Source: Lama guanicoe
Taxonomy: Eukaryota
Length of the DNA stretch: 64,000 nucleotides
NCBI GenBank assembly: GCA_013239625.1
Contig: MU054220.1
Coordinates: 6,060,626-6,124,625, forward strand
Reading direction: 5' to 3'
The notes beneath the pieces are model-generated. The model was not told the DNA's origin, made no database searches, and worked only from the letters and a program-made list of their open reading frames with translations. Below are positions 1-13,472 of this stretch, one piece after another (the first letter of the stretch is position 1; each line of letters opens with the position of its first letter). The translations under genes and the position numbers were made by a program.

Positions 1-459
1 CTGTTTGTCTTCTGAGAATTACACGAGACAGTGCAGAACTCTCTGATGTCCAAGGCAACGCCACATGAAATGGGTGAATGGTATACAATGATTCCCTCTT
101 GAAAATAAATTTATCCTGAGAAAGACACTAAGTTGTAAAAAAGAAAAAATCACAAGAACTCATTTTTTTTTTAATTTGTCCAAAGTGAGAAATTGGCCTG
201 ATTCTGAAGCCGAGCATCCAAAGGAAGAGAGATAATGGCTTTTGCCTGGAAACAAGCAAAGAGCCAGTTTGAAATTTTTGCTAAAATACTCTAATGAAAC
301 CACCTCATTGTCTCTGAATAATCATCTTTTTGGATCATCCTTGAAAATCAAATTCTTTGGAGTTTAAGAAATAACAATTTTTTTGAAAGGAAGTTTTATA
401 ACTTTAATAAACCTATATGTGTAGTCGTTGTGAAAAAATGTTGTCCTGCTCAAATAATA

Positions 460-690
460 TTTCTAACAAACTTCATTTGGGAAATCTAATCTACAGAAAT
501 AAGAGCATTAGTACATCAGGATTTATGTATAAAATTTGTTTATTTCAGTATTTTTATGGCAGCAAAATAAAGATTATGCAATAATAGGAAACAGTGGATA
601 GATTATATATAGCAACTGATAATATTAAAAGTATTATGTAGCTATTGAAAACAATAGGTTAGGTCAATACACATTGATAAGGAAAGGAAG
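460..690 (+). mobile_element. Old L1 (L1ME-like) 3' region fragment
   Basis: Degenerate L1 3' motifs (cttcatttgggaaatctaatctacagaaata...tttttatggcagcaaaa); boundaries approximate. Confidence 0.5.
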
Positions 691-1059
691 AAAGGACGGT
701 AGAAGGGAAAGAGAGAGAGGGGAAGAAACGGTAGCCCGGAATTTCTAAATTTGACAAATCAGGAAACTCATTTCAACAAATTAGGGAAATCATGTAAATT
801 TTCTCATGGTTTTATGAAAACTACTTTGGGTTATTTGTCTCTTAGAACTCATAATGTGATTTAAACCTGCAGTACTTATTTGATTTCCTGTCCATTTTAT
901 ACTGAGTGATTATTGAATGAGAAGAAACAAACTTACCCAGATACTTGTGGAACTTCTCATTTTTGTATCAACATTTCTCTCAATTTATGCATAGTCTCCA
1001 TCTTTAGATCTGTAATCCTTAGAGTTTTGAAGTACAAAGACCTCATTGGAGAATACCAA

Positions 1060-1265
1060 GAAAACAAAGAACATGGCACATACGCACAAGGGTAACACAC
1101 TGAGTCTGTCTGAGAATGAGGCCAACACACAAAGTAGAGCTGAGAAATGAGCCCTGATGGTATTGTTGTAGAGGTCTGTGATGAAAGTCAGCTCAATGCG
1201 CAGATGTTCAGATAAAGAAGCCAATGTATTTTACTTTGAGCAAGTTTGAGTTGGGTTTCTCAGAC
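1060..1265 (+). mobile_element. Old MaLR LTR fragment (MLT1J/K/L-like)
   Basis: gaatgaggccaacac...agagctgaga and the 3' motif gcaagtttgagttgggtttct. Confidence 0.5.
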
Positions 1266-1544
1266 TTTAGATAGATACCTCTTGCATCTACTAGAAAATG
1301 AAACAGAGAAGATGGGTGAAGATATGATTAGATATAGCAGTGGCAGAAAGTTGAAATAATACCAATCTTGTAACATCAGTGTTCTCCATTGAAATAAAGT
1401 GATTTCTGAAAGAAGACAGAGCTACTGGGTATCAGACAAGCATAGAAAATATGAAAAGATTGTGTCAACTGAACTGTATACAGAAACACAGTGTAATGTC
1501 CTGGTTCAATTAATTTCTCAGACTCTAATATCAAAAAGTACACT

Positions 1545-1730
1545 TCTTATCAGGATGGAAGAGTGCATGAGGAGGGCTTCTGGGGTATGGATAATTAACA
1601 TTCTGTTTCTTGATTTGATGTCAGTTATAAGGGTATGTTGATAATGTAAAATTCACCAAGCTGTACACTTAGAATATTGGTACTTTTTTATATGCATGTA
1701 ATAATTCAACAAAATTTCAAAAACAAAAAA
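1545..1730 (+). mobile_element. L1ME/MC 3' end
   Basis: gagggcttctgggg...ttctgtttcttgatttg...aaaattcaccaagctgtacacttag followed by an A-rich tail. Confidence 0.75.
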
Positions 1731-2734
1731 GAGTACATTTATTTTATTCAAAAATATATAAAAGTTAACACTTAACAACAAATTTTATAATGTTTTTCTT
1801 TTTCTTAATTGTTTTTGTTTTTTTAATCATTTTTGTTTTTTTAATTATTTGTATTTTTTTTAATTTAAGTCCCCTCACGATGTTGTGTTAACCTAACAAT
1901 GATTTTTTAAAAAAAGAAAGTTTGAAACATGCAAAATCCTACAAACTTGGGATATTTCCCTTTTGGGATGTTATGGTTCATTCTCTTCCCACATGGAAAA
2001 TTATTATGTGTTGTGAAGACTATGTCATTCTGTGATCTTTTATTTCACTTAACTAGAACTTGTGTTGCACATTTATTTATTGTCCTTATAGGTAAAAAAA
2101 AGTTTTAAATAAAATAAAAACACATGGTTCCTTTGTTTTAATTACTACAAAAAGATGAGTAATATTTTCTTGGGTTTATTATTAAAATTTTCTAAATATT
2201 TTATTATATATTTTACTTTTATAGTAGATAATGCAACAGTGAGCATTTGCATTTACAATGGTAAATGAAGAAGTAATTTCAGTTGTTTTCTTAAGCTCTT
2301 AGTTACTCCAAAAACATTTTCTATATATTTAGACATTTTCTTCCAAGACTACTTCTTCAGAGGATGCCACCAACAGCTTGGATTCTATTTCCTAGATACA
2401 TGAATCATTGTTATTTGTGCCATAATATTGTGATGATGAAAAGACATTTGACAAGAAGAAAACTAAGTACATTTTTTCAAACCAGGTTCCCAAAACTTTT
2501 CTTATGAAACTACACTTAGCTTAAAATATATATGGTATTTTTATAAAGTTTTCCTAGACTTCTGTTTGAAAAATACTGTAAAAATGTTTATCAGTAACCA
2601 ACGCAAAACAACTGGGGTTTTTAACACATAGGTCCATTTATAAATACTGCCGCAAATATTGCTACCTACTGAGACATTTTATCCATAACCTCTAAATGTG
2701 ATCTATTAATTGGTCTTGACTTTTATGGGAAAAA

Positions 2735-2935
2735 TGATAACAAGCATTTGTAGAGCCCATTATAATCTGTAATATACCTTAAACCTCCATTTTCTGTGTT
2801 CTTCCCTACAACCGTACTGGGAAGCAAATATGACTAGTGACCCACTTCTTCAGATGTGAAAACTGAGGCTCAAAGAATTTAGTTGATATCTCCAAGATGA
2901 CGCAGCTAGGAAGCGACTGATTCCAAATCCTACCC
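2735..2935 (-). mobile_element. MIR SINE
   Basis: Reverse MIR core cagatgtgaaaactgaggctcaaaga...ccaagatgacgcagctag. Confidence 0.8.
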
Positions 2936-3379
2936 TTTCTATTATACTATATTATGAGAACTAGTGAGACAGATAATTTATATTCTTGCTCCAACTCTTA
3001 TTATCTGGACTCTGAACAAATTAGCATCTTTATGCTGCTGTCTGAAATTTTAGATAACATTATCTACACCACAGATTTGTAAGGATTTTATATCAACACT
3101 CCACTGAAATCTTTTGATATAAAGTTAACCACCATGTTATTGACAATTTTAATGAGTGCTTTTCAACCTTCCTGCTATATTTGTTATTTTTTCTTCTGAA
3201 GTGTTCTTTTCCTTTGATTTTTGTGAGGCCAGTTTCTCATGCTCATTTTGTCTCCATCTCCTTAAATTTGCTATTTACCTCAAGGTTCCATTTTTCACTC
3301 TGTTCCTGAATAATCCATACACACTCCCTGCATAATCTCAACCCTTGTGTATCCTGTCATCTATATGTTGATATTCCAC

Positions 3380-3842
3380 TGTAGTTGGTTGGTTTATACA
3401 GTCCCAAAAGATACATCTGAGACCTAATCCTAAGTACTTGTGATTGTGACCTTAATTGGAAATAAGGTCTTTGCAGATGTAATTAAGTTATGAATCTGGA
3501 GATAAGATTACCCTAAATTTAGGGCAGGCCTTAAATACAAGGACTTGTGTCCTTGCAGGAGTGGGAGAGGACACAGAAACACAGAGAAGGCAGTGTGAAG
3601 ATGGGGTAGAGATTAAAGTGATGTACCTATAAGCCAAGGAACACTAAGGAATGCCAGCAGTCACCAAAAGCAAGGAAAGAGGCATGAAGCAAATTCTCTC
3701 TCAGAGCCTCCAAAAGGAGTCTACCTTGTTACAACCTGATTTCAGACTGCTGGCCTCCAAAGCTGTGAGAGAATAGATTTCCATTGTTTTAAGCCACCTC
3801 GCCTGTGGTGATTTGTTATGACATCTCTAGGAAACTAGTATG
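3380..3842 (+). mobile_element. MaLR solo LTR (MLT1B/C-like)
   Basis: TG start; ggaaataaggtctttgcagatgtaattaag; ttgttttaagccacc...gtgatttgttatgaca...ggaaactagta end. Confidence 0.9.
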
Positions 3843-4454
3843 TTCCCAAGCCTGCCCATCTCTTGGCTATATCAACTTGGGTGTCCCCAGACGTGTAAAT
3901 CTCAGTTTGTCTAAGCTAAAACTTTCAAGTGACATCCCCTGCTCTGTTCCCTATTGTCAGAAAATGGCAAGCCCATCTTTAGCCAGAGCAATGCTCTCTA
4001 GTTAAGTAAGGCATTCTCTTCCTCAGGCTTCCTAAGTATATGCAAATGATTTTCAAGTATATGCACACAATCCTGATCTGTGTTCTTAACTCCAAACCAG
4101 GAAATCCTCCTGCCTACTCAACATCTTTACTTGGTATTTGAAGGACAACTTGTATTTCACATGTTGAAAGAAATTGTGAGTGTGTCCTTTACCCAAGTCT
4201 TGGTCTTCTGACAAGGTTCTCTGTATTGACCTTTCCTGTGAATATTTCTACCTTACATGAATTTGACAAGCCAGAAACCTAGGAGTCATTTTTGATGCTT
4301 AATTCTCCCTAAGCCTTTCCTAAAATATAGCCAATACATCACGAGTCCCACTTACATCAATAACTCTTTAATGTGTTAGCTTCTCTCCATCACTTTTACC
4401 ACCTTTTCAGGACAAATTTCTATCATTTCTTCCTTGGGTGTTTGGAATGCCCTC

Positions 4455-4991
4455 TGTATTCATCAGGTTCTCCAGAGAAACTGAAAAAAATGGAGATAGA
4501 TAGGTAGCTAGCCAAATAGACAGATAGATAGGTAGATAGGTAGATAGACAGACACATTAAAAAGATTTATTATAAGGTATTGGCTCACATAATCATGGAG
4601 GCTGAGAAGTCTCCCAGTTTGGTGATGGCCACTGGAGCTGAGAAGTCTCCCAGTTTGGTGATGGCCACTGGAGACCCAGTAAAGCCAGTGGTATAGGTCT
4701 GAAGGCCTGAGAACCAGGAGATCCAAGGGCAGGAGAAGATCAGTGTGTTTGATCTCAGCTCAAGCAGCCAGGCAGAGAATTCATCCTTCCTCTTTTTGCT
4801 CTATTTAGGCCTTCAGCAGATTGGAGGATATCCGCCCACATTGGAAAGGGCCATCTGGTTTTCTTAGTCAACTAGTTCCGATGCTAATCTGTTCCAGAAA
4901 CATCGTCACAGACACAACCAGAAATAATGTTTAACCAGTCATCCGGGCATCTTATGGCCCTCTCAAGTTGACACATACATTAAACATCACA
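4455..4991 (-). mobile_element. ERVL solo LTR (MLT2-like) with internal 36-bp tandem duplication (4601-4672)
   Basis: tgtatt...ggttctccagagaaac, (gata)n tract, tcaagttgacacat...catcaca; gctgagaagtctcccagtttggtgatggccactgga present twice. Confidence 0.9.
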
Positions 4992-7729
4992 ACTTCTTGC
5001 TTGGCAAACCACAGTGTTTTCTTCTTTTAGCCCAAAATCCAAATAAAAACTGGATTGGTCTTTTTGATCACAGTCGGATCACGTCTCATCCACACACACT
5101 TACTTCTACTATTTAAAATACTTGAAAGGGTTCCTAGTACTCTTATTTAAAACCCGAACATAGCCCCGAAACCCTGCTGAGTCTGGACCCTTGCTCCGTC
5201 CTTAGCCCCACATCCCACTCCTATTCTCAACCCACAGTGAACCACTGCCAGCTACCAAAACACATCGTGCTCACTTCTGAATCACATCTGTCTGAAATGT
5301 TCTTTTCCCCTTAGACTGAGAATGTCTGCTATCTTTTATATCTCAGCTTTAAAGTTATTTTCTTAGGAGAGACCTTCATGTCCCATCCCCTAGACTAGGT
5401 CTCCACCTTTTGTATGTTCTCCTCACGTTATTTCTCTTTATGTTGTATGTCTTATAGAACTCTACATTTATTTGTGTGACTATTGGATCAATACCAGTAT
5501 CATTCTCCAGACCATGGGAATGTTCCCGTCTCAGGGTGTAGCACCAACACTGGCAAAAGGAGAAGCTAAATAATTGTTCAATAAATGCTGCTGAATGAAT
5601 GCGGCAAATGTGCTGTCTGGTGTGTGTATATAACCGTGAACGCATCAATCACCATCTCTGCCATCACAGAGCCTTGGTCTACAGGGATTCTTGGAAACAT
5701 CAACTTCTATTTCAGAGCTGGAAATTAAGAATTGATTCAGACAAAAAAAAAAAAAGTTTGGTGCAGGGTAGCAGAATGAGACAAACAGCCAGAGCTCTAG
5801 GTAACTGTCTGCTATTCAGCCCCAGTCTGCTTCACTGCAATGAAGGGGGCTGGGAAACTGTCTTTCCATGGCAATACTACTGATTTATGGAAATGTTCAA
5901 GAAACAGGACTACTTGTGTATTTCTACCAAAGAGATATTTATTACTGTCAGTGCAGGGAAATGCATCAAAAACTATTATTCAAAAACCACTTCCCTGGCC
6001 AGTTCTATGTTACATGCTGCTGCTCATGTCATAGACATTTGTGTTTTAAATAAGAGCCTGTTTACTCTTAACACCTTTTGCTGCTGCTCCATAATTTCAA
6101 AGCTGGGAAAATCATGGTTACCTAGCTGTATGTCTTCTTGGGAACTTTTATTTCCAGTGTGTTAGAGAACCACTTGTTTATGAAGCCAAATTCCATACTT
6201 CCATTGACATTATATTCTCTTTCAGAACAAAAAGCCTTCTTTAATTTTGAGCAAAAGTGAAGTTGAGCATCTGGTTAAAATGGGTGATAAAATGCACCTC
6301 CCTGGTGAAGGGATTCTATGATTAAATTAGGCCTGAGAATGAGTGAGCTGATTTCTTCATCTGGTTTTACTGGATTATCATTATAAACAGAATTCAAATC
6401 CTGACCCTGTCAGTTGTCAAGTCTTGCCTACCTTGACTTTTTTCTGAGTTTCTTTTGTCTTAGATCTTTCACTTCACAATAATCCCAGTTCTCTCCCAAT
6501 TCTCTCAAGGGGGTTAGGATCTCTAATTTGACAATAAATTTGAAGATACAGTGTAAATTATCAAACAGGATACATGTCAGCAGTTAGGTCTTCATGCTGT
6601 TATGAAATGTTATCTGCCTCATTTCTAGGCATACAGTAAGTATTCCTTAAATGTTATGTTTTCCTTGATGCTGATCCATCTTTAACCACATCCATGGCAT
6701 CCTATACTTCAACATAGAATCACAAATCTCACAGCAATTTCCTCACTGTCTTCTCACTAGGCAGGAAACACCCTAAGGACAAGGACCTTCCTATTTACAC
6801 ACCTCACTGCCATCAACGGCTAGCAGAATATCTAGTATATATCAAGCACTCAATACACATTTGGAGATGAATGCATAAATAGGTAGAACAGAAAATACAC
6901 ACGTGAAAAGGACACTGTCTAAATAGAATAACATGAAATAGTGTGGCCAGGAGAGTTATATTTCATGTTCAATGTTTTAAACTCGGTAAGCCATTAGCAT
7001 CGATTAATGGGTCTCAACCTTACATGGCTACCCCTATAGAGCTATTTACCTGTTAGTATCAAATCAGTCCTCTTTCCTTATTTCTATTAACTCATATGCT
7101 GTTTCCTTAAATACAATCATTTTCACCGGAGGGATTCAGGAAATGTAGCACTGTTTAACTGTGACACTGTTTATGTGTAATCACATTTAGCATAGCCTCA
7201 GGGAGCCCTCTCTTGCAAGTTCCAGATCCTACGCCAGCTCCCTCTGAAGTCTTGTAAGTGGGTGTATTGGTATTGCTCCTTCACTTCAGTTTCTCTTTCT
7301 AAAATGCGGATAAGCAGGCTTTTCCCACAGTGCCTTTCTAAGGACAAATTAGTGGATGTTTGCAGAGTGCCTTCAAGATGTTAAGTACTCTGGCAGTGCT
7401 AAGTGCCCTTACGCTTGAAGCAATGGCTGCGGGTTCCTGTGGGATGAAAGCTGCTTGAGAAATGGATTGCAGAACAATGCAGAGGTGGGCGGAGCAACGC
7501 TTCTCCCCAGAATGCGGCCGCTTACTCCAAGGAGACAAAGCTGTGTGAAAACAGTCTAAAATAACTTTCTTTGAAGCAGGTAAATCTTTGAGAGTGTCCA
7601 TGGCTAGATAAAACCTTCAGGGTCACTCTGAGACAGGAACACAGCTCCCTTCTTCTGCCCACTTCCCTACAGAATTAGGGGAAAATAAGTGCAGCCATAG
7701 CGGAGCTTTGGACTTTTTAAGACCATGGG

Positions 7730-8357
7730 TATTGCCGATAGATCGGCCCCCATCCCTGATGAGCCGAATAACTCAGAGACAGGGTCTTGGACCTTAGAAG
7801 AAAAGAGACAGCCAGAGACAGGGTCTTGGACCTTAGAAGAAAAGAGGCAGCTTTATTACTTTTTCGGGCAAAGGGGACTCCCAGCAGGCTAGTGCCTTCA
7901 AAACTGTGAGCCCCTCTTGGGGATGGAGTGGGGTGATTATACAGCCATAGCTCAAACAATAAAGCATGGATAACAATCAACAGAATTACTTTCTCATCAG
8001 AAGACTTAGAATGGCGTCATGATATTTCCAAGTGACCAATTCTGGGGAGGCTAGCTGTTGTCACTTTTTTGATCTGTTTATCATGGAAGCATCCAAGGCA
8101 TGGTCTTCTTCGTATTTAGCCTACTTCGTAGGGTTACAGTTCTGTGACCTCCCTGGAGAACAACTCAGAAACCAAATATGATTATTGCTTTCGATCACTG
8201 GACTAAAGCAGAAACAGTAAAATTAATAGCTTTAGTTTTAACAGTGGGCCTGGAACTGGGAGTAGCAACCAGTCAGATTAGTCGACTGTTTCAAGGGCAA
8301 ATAGAAGAATAAGCAATCTGTTAGCCTTAATGTGGCCATTTTAGTAATCTTCCTTCA
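7730..8357 (-). mobile_element. ERV solo LTR (ERV1-like, relatively young) with 39-bp tandem duplication (7774-7851)
   Basis: On the - strand starts TGAAGGAAG, has AATAAA (tttatt 7852-7857) and ends ...CGGCAATA; flanks tggg/aggg resemble a 4-bp TSD; CpGs retained. Confidence 0.75.
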
Positions 8358-8929
8358 AGGGGACTTCATTTCCCTCTCTGGATGAAGGCTCTGCCTCATT
8401 GCCCACGCGAGACCTCCTTGCCCCGACCTCACCCATCCTCACTTGGTGTAACTGACGTACGTCTTCCTGGAGCTGTGATGACACGATGAATAAACGAGCA
8501 GGCACGAGGGCCTAATGTGCTCCCTCACCTCCTTCCTTCCTGAGTTTCTGTACTCTGTCCTTCTTCCAAAGACACTACCGAGTTCCTACACTCGTCAGGC
8601 ACTGTCCGAAGTAGACACTTGAGAGGAAACATAGAAAGAAAGGGGCTCTTTTCCTCTCCGCTATCCACACACACATCTCGATGTCCAGTTCTCTTCATAG
8701 TGTATGGGCTTCTTCTTAGGCTGAATCATTTTATTCATCTGGCAAAATCTATCTTTCCACCTATTTTTTTTTCCACTTACAAACATACTTGGAGAAAAAC
8801 ATAACTTTGCCCTGTCACCTTGGAATTTACGACCATAAGCTGCAAGTGAGAGCTCGGAACTTCCTGGGAATCCTACTAGCTAATTTTCCTTCTCATTTTC
8901 TTCTCCTGGTTGGTGCATCTTACCTCTTG

Positions 8930-10712
8930 TTGCCCTGAGAAAACAGAAACAATCATAAGTGAACTATTTTTCCAGCCATTACCAATCTACCACTGATTCT
9001 GCATTGGTACCAATACATTTGTCTTCCTTCCTGTTACAGTGAATGAACTCCGTATTCTTATCAGGGGTGTTTCTATACTTGTTTACTGGGTTGTACGTTG
9101 TCACCTATGCAAAACCTTCGCTTCTGAAAGTAACTGTCCCCCTTCCTGTGTCATCACAGAATTCTCTGCCGGGTTATGCCCTTCACAATGCGAGCTGACC
9201 ATGATACGTCTCGTCGAAAAGCAAACAAAACAGAACGCCTAGAACCACTGTTCCAAGATGCATTGGCAATTATCTGATCACTTCTCTTCTCCATTTTACA
9301 GCAAAACTTCTCAAATGTAGTCTCTGCTAATTGTCTTCTTCACCTCACATTTTCTCCTGAAACTGCCCTCTGCAGGTTTCTTCCCTACAACTTCACTGAC
9401 ATGACTTTTAAGAGACCACTATCTTGCTGGGGTCAAATATCAAATCTTAGCCTTTGTTGACCTCTCGATGGCATTTTACACAATGAAGGTCCTTCTTGAA
9501 ACATTTTCTTCATTTTGCTTCTGGGACACAGAAAGCTCCTGATTTTCTTTCTACCTTATACACAGTTTCTTCTCATTATCCTTAGCTAAGGTTACTTCCT
9601 ATTCCTGAATGATAAAGGGTAGATGTTCCAGGATCCAGTCTTGGAATCCATCTTTCCTTTATCTTCAGTACTCCCTGAGGTGACCTCACCTAATTTCATG
9701 GTGTTAAATATCGTCCAAATGCTGAACACACAGCTCCAGCTGCACACCCTCCTCCCCCAAGCTTCAGGCTGCTCACTCCCCAGTCCCTTGCAAGTGTAAT
9801 GGTCATCTCAAGTGTATCACTTCCAATGCAGGGCTCTTGATTTCTACCCCGTGTTTCTCATCCTCAATCTTTCTTATTTCCATAAAGGACACTACCAAGT
9901 ACTCAGCTATGTGGGGCAAAATCCTTAGTGCCGTTTTAAATTCTTGTCATTTCTTAACTATGTTCCTTTTCCAGTCAATCTGAAAATCCTGTCAGCTTTC
10001 TCTTCAAAATATATCTTGAATCTATTTTTTCCCACTATATTCAAAGCCACCTTTATCTGTCACTGATACTTGGATGAAGGCCTCGGAACTGACTTACCCT
10101 TCTGTTTCCTACGGTCAATGACCCTCAAAGCAACCAGAGTGAAAGCTTAAAATCTGTGGTAGTTCATGCCACTCCTCTCCTGCAAACTCTGCAGTGGCTC
10201 TCCAGACTGCCTTGAAAATTAGATATGTATGTTTGAAAATTCCCGTATCATCTGGTTCTGGGTATGTCTCCAAGTTTATCTCCTACTGCTTTAGACCTTT
10301 GGCACTTCATGTTGTTCTTTCAACACACCATGCTCATTCTTGCCTCTAAGGTTTGGCATTGTCATTTCACCCGCCTCCAATATTCTTTACTAGGCCAGTC
10401 TTCATATGCCTCTTTCCCTTGCTTCACTAGGTCTTTTCTTAAAAGTCACCTCTTTTGGAAACTCTATGATGATTACATTATCTAAAAACATAACCCTATC
10501 AGCAATTCTCCATTGTCTCATGAGGCTATATTTTTATTCATGGCTTTTATTATGATCCATGATTATATTATAAACCAATCTGTTAATAATACCTTCCTCA
10601 TAAGAAATAAGGTCCACGATGAAGGAACTTATTTATTTGTAATTTTACGTTCATTTATACAGCCACCCAGAACGGCACCTGGAAAGTTGTATGCTCTCAA
10701 CTAATCCATGAA
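8930..10712 (+). mobile_element. L2 LINE, long ORF2/3' remnant
   Basis: ttgacctctcgatggcattttacaca (degenerate LDLSAAFD motif), ctcttcaaaatatatcttgaatc, and tail tgctctcaactaatccatgaat. Confidence 0.85.
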
Positions 10713-10817
10713 TCTTAGCACTTCGTCCCTCTGTTAAGTCAGTCTGAGAATAACGTCTACGGATAAGCACAGATCAGACTGAATGATCAGACTACACACT
10801 CTGCTTGGTCCTTTCAA

Positions 10818-11276
10818 TTTTTTTTTTAACTGAAGTAGTTAATTATAATGTGTCAATTTCTGGTGTACAGCACAATGTCCCAGTCATGCATATACATACA
10901 TATATTCATTTTCATATTTTTTTCATTAAAGGTTATTACATGATATTGAACACAGTTCCCTGTGCTATATAGAAGAAACTTTTTTAAAACTATTTTTATA
11001 TATAGTGGCTAACATTTGTAAATCTCAAACTCCCAAATTTATCCCTTCCCGCTCCCTTTCCCCAGCAACCATAAGATTGTTTAATGTGTCTGCAAGTCTG
11101 TTTCCATTTTGTAGATGAGTTCATAGTGTGCTTTTTTTTTTTTTTTTGAGATTCCACATATAAGCCATATCATGTGGTATTTTTCTTTCTCTTTCTGGTT
11201 TACTTCACTTCGAATGATTTCTGTAGGTCCATCCATGTTGCTGTAAATCACATTATTTTATTATTTTTTATTTTTT
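10818..11276 (-). mobile_element. Lineage-specific L1 3' end (artiodactyl/camelid type)
   Basis: Poly-T, then gtcaatttctggtgtacagc...gttccctgtgctata...gattccacatataag...ccatccatgttgctg. Confidence 0.9.
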
Positions 11277-11279
11277 AAA

Positions 11280-11550
11280 GCAGTTTTTCCAGTATCTTAA
11301 GTTTTTAAATTATGTGTTACAACCCATTTAGAGGGTCATAAAAACAATTTGGTGACTATGACAAGTATTTTTGAAAAATGAAATAGAACAGCAAATATTG
11401 AGATATCACACATAGTAAAAAAAATGTTTCATTCGTTTTATATACTATTTGTTTCAGTTATATACATGTGAATAGGTATATTAAATAACGATGATGTAAA
11501 AATATTTTTATTGGGGGTTGCACTCAAAAAGAGTTTGAGTTTATTTATAA
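11280..11550. mobile_element. Non-autonomous hAT-type DNA transposon relic
   Basis: acccattt-gagggtcataaaaacaatttggtgac...aaatgaaatagaa...gggttgcactcaaaaagagtttga resembles MER/Charlie elements; family uncertain. Confidence 0.45.
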
Positions 11551-12492
11551 CAAGATTCCACTGGAGCCGGAGATACATATTTTTTCCTCTTTTCCAAGGT
11601 TACAATGAACACAAGCAGCAAGGAGACTCAGATTTTATGAATGCAGTGTGGTGGTCAATAGCAGAGATTCTGATGTCAAACGACTTTTTAAATTGCTTCC
11701 TCTTTTTTTTTTCTGTTCAAAGACAAAAAAGTCTTTGAATTCTCACTGTACTTGTCCTAAGGTTCCTGTGTGTCATCTTTATACCTTCCCCACATCAACT
11801 TTTAAATCCACCTTTTACTCAGAAGGAAATGAGAGTCCCTCAAATCACCTTTCCCACCATTCTACCTGTGTTTTGGGAAATGGGTACCTAGGAACCTGCT
11901 CTTGTCCATTTGTATCTTTCTGAGTAAGTGTCCGCTGAGGTCTCACGAAAGAGGCACAACCATGGCTTCCACAGTGCAGTTCTTATGTGGAAAACAAAAT
12001 TGCTCTACCTGCCAAAAAAAAAATTCACTTTCTTTTTGGTGCTTTTCTTTGTTTCTCAGAAATTTGCAGAAGTGAACTCCCTTTCCACATTTCTCAATCA
12101 ACTCTCTCAAGAATGTCTTTAAGTATTAGCTTCAAATAGAAAGGACAGGAAAGGAAGATAACAAAGCAAGTTTATGTGGTTTCTATCCTCAAACCTTTAG
12201 GGGAACTTTCCAAGATAAATAACTATATTTCCAATAATGCCACAAAATTTTACTATTGCCTGAGAGGAAAGGAACACTAACATTTGTTAAACAACCATTC
12301 TGCAATAGAACTTCATAATACAATGTAAATTAACCTTGTTTTATTTTACCTGCAGAGGTTTGTCTTATAATGTTTTAAATCAATTGGATTTAGTTGCCAA
12401 GATTTAAAAATCAGCAGATTTTACACACAGTCCAGATTGCTGACTTCTCTGAAGCAATCTGAAGATGTAGTTAGGTAAGACACAGTAGTCTT

Positions 12493-12883
12493 ATATTAGT
12501 TTGCTAGACACCTGCCATAACAAGATAGCACAGACTGGATGGCTTAAATAACAGAAATTTACTTTCTCACAGTTCTGAAGGCTAGAAGTCCAAGATCAAG
12601 ATGTGGGCAGGTTTGGTTTCTTCTGAGGCCTCTCTCCTTGGCTTACAATTGGTCACTTTCTCACTGTGTCCCCACATGGTCCTCTCTCTGTCTGTGTATG
12701 TGTGTCCTAATCTCTCTTCTCATAAGGACACCAGTTGTATTGGCCTAAATTCACCATATGACCTAATTTAATCTTAATTACCCTTTAGAAGATTCTATCT
12801 CTAAATACAGTCACATTCTGAGGTCCTGGGGGTTAGAAGTCCAGCATATAAATTTAGGAGGGGGACACAGTTCAGTCTGTAAT
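12493..12883 (-). mobile_element. MaLR solo LTR (MLT1A/B-like)
   Basis: ggcttaaataacagaaatttactttctcacagttctgaaggctagaagtccaagatcaag...gacacagttcagtctgtaa. Confidence 0.9.
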
Positions 12884-13319
12884 AATCCTCATGGTAACAA
12901 TTTACACAGTCTGAGTCATAGAAATCTGATTGAAAAGTCACCGTAATCTCCACTGCTCCCTATTGTCTCCCTGAAGCTGGGGCTGAGTTCCAGTAGTCAT
13001 TTATCATTTGCATGACTTCTTTTGAGTAGATTAAATGCATTTCTTTAAAAATTATTTGAATTTTCCAACCCAGTTTTAGAATCCCACTGGCCTCCTTTTG
13101 AATTCCAGCTTTATCCCTTCTTAGGTAGCTTTGAGAGGGTTGCTTAAATATCTGAGCCTAAATCTGCATACCTTCAACACAGGACAAAAATACCCATTAT
13201 TGTGAAAACAAAGTGATTCAGAGCAAAATCTTAATATATAATCTTCCTTTCTTTTTCTTGCTTCTATTATTTTAATATGCGTATCAGAATGGTTTGGAAT
13301 AATTTCCTAGAATAGTAAG

Positions 13320-13472
13320 ATCCCCTGAGCAGCAACAGCAGCATCACCTGGGAATTTTCTAGAAATTTAAATTCTAAGATTCCATCTCAGACCTACTGAA
13401 TCAGAAACTGACATGGGGCCCTTCTAAAGCCTTCTAGGTGATTCTAGACATACCAGATTCTGAGAACTATTG
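13320..13472. mobile_element. MER5A (hAT-Charlie) element
   Basis: cagcagcatcacctgggaa...agacctactgaatcagaaact...aggtgattct...tgagaactattg. Confidence 0.85.

Larger units (their letters stand above)
3120..5601 (+). mobile_element. Fragmented L2 LINE interrupted by two LTRs
   Basis: L2-like pyrimidine-rich fragments (ccagaaacctaggagtcattttga) ending in the typical L2 tail caataaatgctgctgaatgaatg. Confidence 0.7.

Noticed and set aside
1..116. Possible - strand coding exon after acceptor tgtctttctcag (DKFIFKRESLYTIHPF...)
   Set aside because: Cut by the window edge, peptide not recognised, and a short open frame is expected by chance
4601..7851. 36-bp and 39-bp direct repeats as CRISPR-like arrays
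   Set aside because: Two-copy tandem duplications inside LTRs, no spacers, mammalian context
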